Shown here: positions 53,594-64,000 of the stretch, piece by piece
Numbering within the stretch: the stretch's first letter is position 1
Layout of the letters: the number at the start of each line of letters is the position of its first letter
Assembly (NCBI GenBank): GCA_035544895.1
Contig: DASZZM010000009.1
Location: 3,797-67,796, forward strand
Direction of reading: 5' to 3'
DNA from: Thermoanaerobaculia bacterium
GTDB lineage: Bacteria > Acidobacteriota > Thermoanaerobaculia > Multivoradales > UBA5704
DNA: 64,000 bases
Notes under the pieces: model-generated
Databases searched by the model: none
The model's input: the letters and a program-made list of their open reading frames with translations, nothing else
What the model was told of the DNA's origin: nothing
Program-made: the position numbers and the translations under genes

Positions 53594-54813
53594 TTACCGC
53601 GGGAAGCTCCGAGCCGGCACCCCCGGCGCGCCGCCGTCAGGGAGGAAGCGGGGGCGGCCGCGAGGAGTCCGCGCCAGAGCGCGGCCCAAGGCCTCGAGGC
53701 TGTCGAGGTTGTGGACGGGGCGGTGCTCGTCGACGTGGGCGAGGAGGGCGCGGACACCCTGGGCGCGGGGCTGAAAGCCTGCCCAGCGTAGGAGGGGGTT
53801 GAGCCAGACGAGGCGGCGGCAAGAGCGGTGGAGGCGGTCGGCTTCGGCGGCCAGGCCCGGCTCGGGGTCGCGGTCGAGGCCGTCGGTGACCAGCAGCACC
53901 ACGGCGCCGTGTCCGAGGACGCGCCGCGACCAGGAGCGGTTGAACTCGCGCAGGCAGGAGCGCAGGCGCGTGCCGCCCGCCCAGTCGACCACCTGACGGC
54001 CGCAACGCGCCAGCGCCTCGTCGGGGTCGCGGCGGCGCAGGATCCGCGTCACCGGCGTCAGCCGGGTGGCGAAGAGGAAGGCGTGGACGCGGGTGCGCGC
54101 GCCGAGCAGGGCGTGCAGGAAATGCAGCAGCATCTCCGAGTAGCGCCCCATCGATCCCGAGACGTCGCACAGGACGACCAGCGGCGGCGGCGCCTCGACG
54201 CGGCTGCGGAAGCGCAGCGGAGCCAGGTCTCCGAAGGTCTTCGCGCTGTCGCGCGCGGTGCGCGCCAGGTCGATGCGCGCACCGTGCGGATCGGAACGGA
54301 ATCGGCGCGTGCGCACCGGCCGCGGCCCGATCGCCATGCCGGCGACGATGCGCTTGGCGCGCGCCAGGTCCTCGGCGCTCATCTGCTCGAAATCGCGCGT
54401 GCGCAAGACCTCGTCGGCGGAGAAGGTCAGCGCGGCGTCCGGCTGAGGACAGCGGGCGCGCTCGAGGCGCGCCCGCTCGCCCTCCGCGGACTGCCGCCAC
54501 GCCTCGGCGACCCGCCGCGACACGGCGGGCGGGCGCGGCAGGCGCAGGTGCGGCAGGATCTGCGCCAGCGCGCCGGCCCCGCCCGGGGCAAGCGGGTCGC
54601 GCCAGAACAGCCGGAAAGCCTGGTCGAAGAGCTCGCGGTCCTCCGGGCGCTTGACCAGGACCGCGTGCAGCGCCCAGTACAGCTCGCCGCGGCGCGACAC
54701 GTCCACGGCCGCGGCGGCGGCCAGGGCATCGAGCGCGCTCGCCGTCCCCAGCCGGAGGCCGGCGCGGCGCAGCAGCCGGGTGAAGTGGACGACGTTTGCC
54801 CCCAGTTGCGAGC

Positions 54814-54819
<6 letters not shown>
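53594..54819 (-). CDS. coxE: VWA-domain protein of the CoxE family (vWA-MoxR-associated)
   Basis: The GTG start overlaps the coxD stop. The CoxE-like pattern ends in a VWA MIDAS region (LVVLCDVSGSMGRYSE). The ORF-track N-terminal extension is rejected as Arg/Gly-rich junk. Confidence 0.65.
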
Positions 54820-55719
<900 letters not shown>

Positions 55720-55734
55720 AACCGGTTGGCTACT

Positions 55735-56562
55735 CTAGGAGCAGGCCTGGATGGCACGCCTGGCCATGACCGTGACCAGGTGGACCAGGTACTCGGGGCT
55801 CGCCTCGCCGATCTGGCGCAGCTGCCCGGGCGTCACCAGGGTCGAGTCCGCGGCGACCGCCTCGATCTGATCGCGGCTGAAGCGCTCGGCCAGCGCCGCC
55901 TCCAGGACGGGGAGGCGGAAGGCGTGGGTCCCGGCGCCGGTCACCGCGACGCGCACGCCACCCGACCCTGCCCGGGTCCTGGCCACCATCACTCCGACCA
56001 AGGCGTATTTCGACGCGCGGTGGGGGAACTTGGCGTAGGCGGAGCGCTCGGGGACCGGGAAGCGCACGGCGCGGATGATCTCGTCGCCCGCGAGCGCGGT
56101 GGTGAACAGGCCGGTGAAGAAGTCGCCGGCGGCGATGGAGCGGCGGTCGGTCTCGATCGTCGCGCCCAGGGCGAGCACGGCGGCGGGGTAGTCGGCGGCC
56201 GGATCGGCGTGCGCGAGCGACCCGCCGATCGTGCCGCGGTTGCGCACCTGCGCGTCGCCGATGCCGGCGGCGAGGCCGGCCAGCCCCGGGATGCGCCGCC
56301 GCACCTCGGCCGAGGTGGCGACCTCGTCATGGGTGGCGAGGGCGCCAATGACCAGGTCGTCGCCGGCGGAGCGGATCTGCCGCAGCTCGCCGATCTCCGC
56401 GAGGCCCGCCAGCGACACCAGGTCCGAGGGCTCCGCGAGGTCGAGCTTGAGCACCGGCAGCAGGCTCTGGCCGCCGGCCAGGAGCTTGGCGGCCCCCTTG
56501 GCGCGCAGCAGCGCGGACGCATCGGCGAGCGATTGCGGGCGATGAAACTCGAAGCTTCTCAT
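55735..56562 (-). CDS. coxM: FAD-binding medium subunit of a xanthine-dehydrogenase-family molybdenum hydroxylase (CoxM-like)
   Basis: [45 protein letters not shown]... is the CO dehydrogenase flavoprotein domain pattern. Confidence 0.8.
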   Translation of the reverse strand: MRSFEFHRPQSLADASALLRAKGAAKLLAGGQSLLPVLKLDLAEPSDLVSLAGLAEIGELRQIRSAGDDLVIGALATHDEVATSAEVRRRIPGLAGLAAGIGDAQVRNRGTIGGSLAHADPAADYPAAVLALGATIETDRRSIAAGDFFTGLFTTALAGDEIIRAVRFPVPERSAYAKFPHRASKYALVGVMVARTRAGSGGVRVAVTGAGTHAFRLPVLEAALAERFSRDQIEAVAADSTLVTPGQLRQIGEASPEYLVHLVTVMARRAIQACS

Positions 56563-58963
56563 GCTGCCTGGTCTCCTTTGGCGGGCCTGGCGGCCCTATC
56601 GGCCCCTGCCGCGCGGATGGCCCGCCAGACCTTCTCCGGGGTCGCCGGCATGTCGAGGTGCGTGACGCCGAGCGGGGCCAGGGCGTCGAGCACGGCGTTG
56701 ATGACCGCGGGGGGTACGCCGATGGCGCCCACCTCGCCCACGCCCTTGATGCCCGTCGGGTTGTGCGTGCACGGCGTGGCGTGGTTGCCGGTGCGGAACA
56801 TCGGCAAGTCGGCGGCGCGCGGCATGCAATAGCTCATGTACGAGCCGGACAGAAGCTGCCCCTCGGCATCGTAGACGCACTCCTCGTAGAGAGCCTGGCC
56901 GATGCCGTGCGCCAGGCCGCCGTGCGCCTGGCCGTCGACGATCATCGGATTGATCACCACCCCGACGTCGTCGGCGATGGCGACGTCGACCACCTCGACC
57001 ACACCCGTCTCCGGATCGATTTCGACCTCGACGGCGTGGCAGCCGGCGGGGAAGGTGAAGTTCTTGGGATCGTAGAAGGCCGCGTCCTCGAGTCCGGGCT
57101 CGACCGACTCGATCGGGTAGTTGTGCGGCACGTAGGCGGCGAAGGCAATCTCGCCGAAGCTCTTCTCGCGGTCGGTGCCGGCGACCCGGAACTTGCCCCC
57201 CTCGAACTCGACGTCGGCGACGCTGGCCTCGAGCAGATGGGCCGCCACCTTCTTGCCCTTGTCGACGATCTTGTCGATCGCCTTGACGATCGCCGAGCCG
57301 CCAACCGCGGCCGACCGCGAGCCGTAGGTCCCCATCCCGAAGGGGATGCGGTCGGTGTCGCCATGCACGATCTCGACGTTGGCGTACGGAATGCCGAGCC
57401 GGTCGGCGACGAGCTGGGCGAACGTCGTCTCGTGGCCTTGCCCATGGCTGTGGGTGCCGGTGAAGACGACGACGCTGCCGGTCGGGTTCACGCGCACGGT
57501 CGCCGCCTCGTACAGCCCGGCGCGCGCGCCGATCGCGCCGGCGAGGGCGGAGGGCGCGATGCCGCAGGCCTCGATGTAGGTCGAGACCCCGAAGCCGCGC
57601 AGCTTGCCGCGCGCCCGCGAAGCGGCCTGGCGCTCGGCGAAGCGCGGGTAGTCGATCTCGCTCAGGGCCAGGTCGAGCGTGGCGTGATAGTCGCCGGTGT
57701 CGTACTGCAGGGCGACGGGCGTCTGATAGGGGAACTGGTCCGGGCGGATGAAGTTCCGGCGCCGGATCTCGACGCGGTCGGCGCCGGTCTCGCGCGCCGC
57801 CTTGTCCACCAGGCGCTCGAGCAGGTAGGTGGCCTCGGGACGCCCCGCCCCGCGCACGGCGTCGACCGGGACGGTGTGGGTGAAGATCGCCTTCACCTCG
57901 GCGTAGATGGCGGGGATCACGTAGGGGCCGGAGAGCAGCGTCGCGTACAGGTAGGTGGGGATGCCCGGGCCGAAGGTCGACAGGTACGCCCCCATGTTGG
58001 CCAGGGTGCGGACGCGGAGCGCGAGGAACTTGCCGTCCGCGTCGAGGGCGAGCTCGGCGTGGCTCAGGTGGTCGCGGCCGTGGGCGTCGGAGAGGAAGGA
58101 TTCGCTGCGCTCGGCGGTCCACTTGACCGGGCGGCCGACCCGCTTGGAGGCCCACAGCACCAGCAACTCCTCGGCGTAATGGAAGATCTTCGATCCGAAG
58201 CCGCCGCCCACGTCGGGCGCGACGACGCGCAGCTTGTGCTCGGGGACCTTGAGGGTAAAGGCGCCGAGCAGCAGCCGCGTCAGGTGCGGGTTCTGCGACG
58301 TGGTGTAGAGCGTGTAGCGCTCTTCGGCGTCGTCGTAGTGGCCATTGGCGGCGCGCGGCTCGATGGCGTTGGGGATGGTGCGGTTGTTGACCAGGTCGAT
58401 CGAGACCACGCGGTCGGCCTTGGCGAAGGCGGCGTCGGTGGCCGCGGCGTCGCCCAGGTGCCAGTCGAAGCAGACGTTGCCGGCGGCCTCGTCCCACACC
58501 AGGGGAGCGCCGGAGGCAACCGCGCCGCGTAGCTGGGCGACGGCCGGCCGCGCCTCGTAGTCGACGTCGACAAGCTGGGCCGCGTCCCTGGCCTGGGCCC
58601 TGGTCGCGGCGACGACCATCGCCACCGGGTCCCCGGCGTGCCGCACTTTGCCCAGCGCGAGGGCCGGGTGCGGCGGCTCGACCATGTTCGAGCCGTCCTT
58701 GTTCTTGATCAGCCAGCCGCAGGGCAGGCCGCCCAGCCCGTCGGCGGCCACGTCCTCGCCGGTCAGGACGGCGAGCACGCCGGCCGCGGCCAGGGCGCGC
58801 GAGCCGTCGATCGAGCGGATCGCGGCATGCGCGTGCGGCGAGCGCACGAACACGGCCCACGCCTGCTCGGGGAGCACGAGGTCGTCGGTGTACCTCCCCT
58901 TGCCGAGCAGGAAGCGCCGGTCCTCGCGGCGCGGCACGGAAGCGCCGATGCCTTCGGGATGGC

Positions 58964-58967
<4 letters not shown>
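56559..58967 (-). CDS. coxL: Molybdopterin-binding large subunit, form-II CoxL-like (xanthine dehydrogenase family)
   Basis: 802 aa. The active-site loop [14 protein letters not shown] matches the form-II AYRGAGR variant rather than the form-I AYxCSFR motif. Stops and starts are coupled with flanking genes. Confidence 0.85.
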
Positions 58968-59542
<575 letters not shown>

Positions 59543-59813
59543 AAACCTCCCCTTCACGCAAGGGCGTGCCAATGGCCGCAGGATGCGTTTTGGCCGCGCT
59601 ATGGTATCGCCACGCCTTCGCCCGGCGCAAGCCGCGGGTGCTGGAAGACTCCGCGGCAATCGCTTGTCCCCATTTCCAGCGGGAGATCGTATCCAGAGAT
59701 AGGTACCGCTAGACCGCCGGTCAGCGTGCTCCGGGGGGCGACGAAAGCGGTGTAGCCTACCTCTGACATTCCGCTGACGTTCCGCACGTTCCGAGTCGGC
59801 GGGAGGAGACAAG

Positions 59814-61544
59814 ATGGCAAGCAAGCTGGCGGCGAGTCGTCTTCGCGGCGGCGGACCGCTCGTGGCGGTCCTGCTCTGTTGCGGCTGTGCGGCCCAGCCG
59901 CGTCCGGCGGGCCCGGCAGGCCCGATCGTGGCGGCGGATGCCGGCCGATCCTGCGCCAGCGCCATTCCGGGTGTCGAGACGGTCGATGCCTCGCGGGCGC
60001 TGCGGCGGCAGCACGGTCTGGCCGAGGACGTCCACGGCGCGATGATCGTCGAGGTCCTGGCGGGCGGTCCGGCGGCGCAGGCCGGCCTCGCCGTCTGGGA
60101 CGTGGTCGAACGGATCGACGATCAAGAGATCCTCAGCACCAGCGACTTCGACGACAGGATGAACGAGGCGAAATGCGGCGACACCCTGCGGGTGACCTTC
60201 CGGCGAGGCGGCGCGCAACGTACGACGAGCATCATCCCCGTCGACTCGATGGGCTTCTACACCGCTGCCTGCCGGCAGGGGCTGGCCACCGGATGCTTCC
60301 GGCAGGGGTGGCTCATCGCCGCCGGGGTGGGCGTCGCCGCCGACGGCAAGCGCGCCGAGGAGCTGTACGACCAGGCCTGCCGACTCGGCTCGGGAGGGGC
60401 CTGCTGCGAGCTGGCGCGGAGCCGGAGCGAGCCCGAGCGCGCACGGGAACGGGTCGAGCTGCTCGAGCGCGCCTGCGCGCTCCACTATGCCGGCGGCTGT
60501 GTCGATCTCGCGTTCCGTTACTCGACCGGCGAGGACGGGGTGGCGAGAGACGACACTCGGGCAGCGCCACTCTTCGTCGCGGCGTGCGACGGCGGCGAAC
60601 CTGCCGGCTGTTTCAACGCCGGGCTGACGCTTGCCGAAGGGCGCGGCGCCCCCGCCGACCTCGCGGCGGCGGTCGTGGCCTACGAGGACGGGTGCCGTGG
60701 CGGCATCTCGGCGGCGTGCTCCAACCTGGGGCTCGCCTATGACGAAGGCCGAGGCGTGGCGGCAGCGCCGGACAAGGCGGCGACGTTCTATCTCCGCGGC
60801 TGCACCGGCAGCTCGCTGACCCCTGGCAGCGCCACCGCGTGCAGGAATCTCGGAGTGCTGTTGCGTGACGGCAGGGGCGTGGAGCAGGACCCCGGCCAGG
60901 CCGTCGAGCTCTTCACCCAGGTCTGCGATGGCATGCCCGCCGATCCCCATGATCAGAACGCCGAGGACGACGCGGCCGCCGCCGCCGCCAGCGCCTGCTC
61001 GCTGCTCGGGGCGCAGTACGCGCACGGCAGCGGCGTGGCAGCGGATTGGGACCGCGCGATCGCCCTTTCGAAGCAAGGCTGCGCCGGCGGCGATGCCTTC
61101 GGGTGCTTCAATCTCGGCGCCGTCTATCTCAATGGCGAAGGCGCCGGCCGCGACGAGGCCACCGCGCTCTCCTATTTCCGCAGCGCCTGCGACAGAGGCG
61201 ACGGCAAAGGATGCTTCCAGGTCGCGCTCATGTTCTCACAGGGACTCGGCGCCGCGCGCAGCGATGAGCAGGCCGCCGCCTTCTACCAGAGAGCCTGCGA
61301 CGCGGGAAGCGGCACGGGATGCGTCAACCTGGGCGGGATGTACACCAGCGACGTGAGCAAGACCCTCGCCCTGTTCGAGCGTGGCTGCGACCTGGGCGAG
61401 CCGGTCGCTTGCTTCAACCTGGCCAATCACTACACCGACGGCACCGGCGTCAAGGCCGACCCGGCGCGCGCCGCCGCGCTGTACGCGCAGGCCTGCAGCG
61501 GCGGTTACGAGGCCGCCTGCGCCAAGGCCTCGCCGCCTCGCTGA
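59814..61544 (+). CDS. Lipoprotein with an N-terminal PDZ domain followed by about 10 Sel1-like repeats
   Basis: Lipobox [14 protein letters not shown] region [32 protein letters not shown]. Repeated ...A..LY..AC..G...GC.NLG..Y..G.GV..D motifs (HcpB-like Sel1 repeats). Confidence 0.7.
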   Translation: MASKLAASRLRGGGPLVAVLLCCGCAAQPRPAGPAGPIVAADAGRSCASAIPGVETVDASRALRRQHGLAEDVHGAMIVEVLAGGPAAQAGLAVWDVVERIDDQEILSTSDFDDRMNEAKCGDTLRVTFRRGGAQRTTSIIPVDSMGFYTAACRQGLATGCFRQGWLIAAGVGVAADGKRAEELYDQACRLGSGGACCELARSRSEPERARERVELLERACALHYAGGCVDLAFRYSTGEDGVARDDTRAAPLFVAACDGGEPAGCFNAGLTLAEGRGAPADLAAAVVAYEDGCRGGISAACSNLGLAYDEGRGVAAAPDKAATFYLRGCTGSSLTPGSATACRNLGVLLRDGRGVEQDPGQAVELFTQVCDGMPADPHDQNAEDDAAAAAASACSLLGAQYAHGSGVAADWDRAIALSKQGCAGGDAFGCFNLGAVYLNGEGAGRDEATALSYFRSACDRGDGKGCFQVALMFSQGLGAARSDEQAAAFYQRACDAGSGTGCVNLGGMYTSDVSKTLALFERGCDLGEPVACFNLANHYTDGTGVKADPARAAALYAQACSGGYEAACAKASPPR

Positions 61545-61754
61545 CAGCACCGGCAACGGTTAACATTCTTGCCTTGGACCGTCTCGCTGAAAAACGTCGA
61601 TCGGGAATCGCTCGCCCTCAGCACCAGCCCGGTGTTCCTTCGCCTCATGCAGGCGGCGCACGAGGAACTGGAGAGGGGTGACAGCGTCTCCCTGGAGGAG
61701 ATCAAGCGGGAGCTCGGCTGAGGCCGCGCCGGCCTGCTTGAGCGAGGCGGGACA

Positions 61755-63728
61755 CTAACAAGAGCCCGAGGCGGCCCCCGAGGCGGACGACGACTCGGTG
61801 CGGTCCGGGATGGCGAGGACGGCGCAGCCCCAGAGCTGGGTTGCCAGGTCCTCGATCAGGACTCCGAGGGCCTGGTGGCCGGGGGGCGGCCGCGGCGGTG
61901 CCAGACGGAGGGCGTGCCGGCGGTTCCAGAGGTCGGCGGCGCGGGCGTCGAGACGCTGGTGGGTGATGACGACGGTGCCGCGGGCGTCGCTCCAGGCGAA
62001 GGAGATGCGCAGCGGCCCGGGGAGGGAGTTGCGGTCCCCGGCCGCGGGGGCGGCCTGCGTCAGGAGGATTGCCGGCCCCGGGGCGGCCGCGCCGTCCGCC
62101 GCCTGGGCCCCGGCCGCCGGCGGCTCCTCCAGCAGCGCCACACTCACCTGCAGCGGGGCCGCCACGCTGTCGCCGGCGAGGCTGCGGCGCAGGCGGGCCG
62201 CGGCCACGCTCTCGGGAGTCGACGAGCGCACCCAGCGCGCGGTGCGCACTTCCTGGCCGCCGGCGAGCAGCGAGACCGTCACCGAACGCTCGCGCCCGGC
62301 GGGGGAGGCATCCGCCTGGTACCACAGGTGCCAGCGCGCGGCGAGAGCGCCGAGCGCGGGCGCGAGCGACGCGCGGTAGGGGACGACCAGGCCGGCGGTA
62401 GGCCGCACCAGCGCCGCCAGGGCCACGTCCTCCATCTCGAAGCGCGGCGTCAGGAGCCGCACGTCCGGCGCGACGGGCAGCTGCTTGCCGCGCGCCTTCT
62501 GGATCAGCATGTAGAGAAGAGGCAGGAAGGGGATGGCGCCGGGGGTATGAGGATCTTCCCAGGTCTGCCGCCGGAAGCGCGAGTAGTCGTCCTCCGGCAC
62601 CGCCTCGCGCCCGCCAGCCAGGCGGTGGATCGGCAAGGCCAGGGTCACCCAGCCGTAGGCGGCCAGCAAGCGGGCCGTCTCTCCCAGCGCCAGCGCCGTG
62701 CCCTCGTCCGCGGCGGCTGGAGCAGCCAGGGCGATCGGGGCGGCAGCGGCGGGCCGCGTGGGACCGGCATGGCCGCCGGCCCCTTCAGGGTCGGTGGCGG
62801 CCGCCGTGGGCGCGGCGACCGTGGCGGCCGCGGCGGGAGCGATGGCCGTGGCGGCCGCGGCGGCAGTGAGCTGGTGCAGCTCGGCGGCGGACAGGGCCGG
62901 CAGGTCGGCGACCAGCAGCAGGGCATGCGGACCCCGGGTGACGGCCTCGGCAAGCGAGGTCACCAGCCGGTCGCACTGCCGGCGCACGGTCGCCGGCGGC
63001 GGCGGAGGGGAGGGGGCGAAGAGCGTTGCCCGCGGGTCGCGGCGCGACTGGCCGGCGAGGGCGGCAAGGACTTCCTCGATGGCCGCGGCCTCCCGGCTCG
63101 GCGCGAGCACGGTGCGCGGGTCGGGATCGGCGACCACGATCTCGACCGTCCCGAGCTCGGCGAGCTGGCCCGCCTGGTACGCCAGCGCGATGGCGGCCTC
63201 GAAGACCGTGTTCGGGTGAGCGAGGACGCGGTCGAAATAGATCCGCAGGCTCCACGGATGCGCCGTCGCGGCCAGCGGCTCCAGCCGCAGGACGGGGCGC
63301 GCCTTGCCGTCCTCGAGCACCAGGAAGTGGGCGGGCTCGAGGTCGCTCATGCCATGGAGCTCCGGCACCGCGAACCGCACGTAGCCGGGCGCCTTGGGGT
63401 CGGCGGGCTGAGCGTCGCTCAGCCTGAGGTCGCGCAAGCCCTTGCCCAGGGGCTGCTCGAACACGAGCTCGACCTCGCGCACGCTTAACCGCTCGGTAAG
63501 CGACGGGAGCTCCTTCCCGGGACCGCTGGGCTGGGCTCCCGCGCCGCCCGCGCCGCCCAGAGCCAGGGCAGCAGCCACCGCCAGAGCGGCAATCGAGCCG
63601 CGCCGGCGCCGCAAGGCTCCGCTCAGCCAGGCCGCACGCGAACGGCAGCAGCCCGCCGCACCGGGCCGCGGGTCGCGAAGAAGTTGCGAAGGCGCGTTGG
63701 ATTCGTGCACCGGCAGAGATTCTCTCAA
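61755..63728 (-). CDS. Large secreted Ala/Pro-rich hypothetical protein
   Basis: It is the longest ORF in the region and has a balanced composition including aromatic residues. A signal-peptide-like segment RRRRGSIAALAVAAALALGGAGGAGAQ is present. The start is ambiguous; the first about 40 codons may be upstream read-through. The opposing plus-strand ORF 61875-63488 is Gly/Arg-rich. Confidence 0.45.
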   Translation of the reverse strand: MRESLPVHESNAPSQLLRDPRPGAAGCCRSRAAWLSGALRRRRGSIAALAVAAALALGGAGGAGAQPSGPGKELPSLTERLSVREVELVFEQPLGKGLRDLRLSDAQPADPKAPGYVRFAVPELHGMSDLEPAHFLVLEDGKARPVLRLEPLAATAHPWSLRIYFDRVLAHPNTVFEAAIALAYQAGQLAELGTVEIVVADPDPRTVLAPSREAAAIEEVLAALAGQSRRDPRATLFAPSPPPPPATVRRQCDRLVTSLAEAVTRGPHALLLVADLPALSAAELHQLTAAAAATAIAPAAAATVAAPTAAATDPEGAGGHAGPTRPAAAAPIALAAPAAADEGTALALGETARLLAAYGWVTLALPIHRLAGGREAVPEDDYSRFRRQTWEDPHTPGAIPFLPLLYMLIQKARGKQLPVAPDVRLLTPRFEMEDVALAALVRPTAGLVVPYRASLAPALGALAARWHLWYQADASPAGRERSVTVSLLAGGQEVRTARWVRSSTPESVAAARLRRSLAGDSVAAPLQVSVALLEEPPAAGAQAADGAAAPGPAILLTQAAPAAGDRNSLPGPLRISFAWSDARGTVVITHQRLDARAADLWNRRHALRLAPPRPPPGHQALGVLIEDLATQLWGCAVLAIPDRTESSSASGAASGSC

Positions 63729-63842
63729 AACCAGTGTCGATCTCGCGCCGCCCCGTTCGTCGCTACAGTAGAGCCAGGGCTAAACCGGTCGAGACCGCCC
63801 GGAAGCCCGGCTCCGCAACCGCAACCTGAAGGAGACACCACG

Positions 63843-64000
63843 ATGCGATTCATGATCCTGGTCAAGGCCGACAAGAACACCGAGGCGGGCGTTCTCCCGA
63901 GCGAGAAGCTCCTTGCCGAGATGGGGAAGTACAACGAGGAGCTGGTGAAAGCCGGTGTGCTGCTGGCGGCCGAGGGGTTGCAGCCGAGCTCGAAGGGCGC
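63843..64000 (+). CDS. YciI-like (YCII-related / Dabb-type) small protein, 5' partial within the window
   Basis: MRFMILVKADKNTEAGVLPSEKLLAEMGKYNEELVKAGVLLAAEG is a typical YciI-family N-terminus. AAGGAGACA RBS. The gene runs off the window end. Confidence 0.5.
   Translation, partial: MRFMILVKADKNTEAGVLPSEKLLAEMGKYNEELVKAGVLLAAEGLQPSSKG

Overview
This 64-kb window is very high-GC DNA (roughly 68-70% by eye), with sequence features that would fit an Acidobacteria-like or other high-GC Gram-negative genome (inference only). Because of the GC bias, all six frames are full of long open reading frames. I called genes only where the translation shows recognisable domain motifs, sensible start codons with ribosome-binding sites (GTG and TTG included), translational coupling, or conservation between paralogs in this window. 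Several junctions differ from the supplied ORF track by one nucleotide in my manual count, so manually derived coordinates are +/-1.

The window has five parts:

1. 1-10 kb: a translationally coupled, co-directional sugar-nucleotide operon of the nonulosonic-acid (sialic-acid-like) type. It encodes a SpsG/PseG-like GT-B protein, a SpsF/NeuA-like cytidylyltransferase, a split transketolase (N and C subunits), a class-III aminotransferase, an SDR oxidoreductase, a KdsC-family phosphatase, a NeuB-family synthase and a sterol-desaturase-family hydroxylase. A structured G-rich repeat element occurs three times between its genes.

2. 10-23 kb: an accessory patch. It contains a secreted YVTN beta-propeller protein, a lower-GC TIR-like (PF10137-type) gene, three VapBC toxin-antitoxin pairs plus PIN-gene relics, two tandemly duplicated secreted BNR/Asp-box propeller genes, a TAT-exported ferritin-like protein, an M50 protease and an endolysin-like muramidase.

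3. 23.3-27.1 kb: an Mla/MCE-type ABC lipid-transport operon (STAS-permease fusion, ATPase, MCE protein, lipoprotein).

4. 27.9-48.1 kb, the most unusual part. Four tandem cassettes on the minus strand each pair a transmembrane Ser/Thr kinase carrying a TolB-like (PD40) periplasmic propeller with a small cytoplasmic protein (about 90-123 aa). The small proteins share conserved N- and C-termini but have hypervariable Cys/Thr/Pro-rich cores. Embedded among the cassettes are a TIR-NACHT-FGE-sulfatase (NLR-like STAND) gene and an FHA-GAF-sigma54 enhancer-binding protein.

5. 48-64 kb: two paralogous secreted He_PIG (putative Ig) repeat proteins with conserved leaders and hairpin terminators; a form-II-like molybdenum hydroxylase cluster (coxS/L/M/D/E-like); a PDZ-Sel1 lipoprotein; a large Ala/Pro-rich secreted hypothetical protein; and the start of a YciI-like gene.

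No rRNA, tRNA or CRISPR array was recognised.
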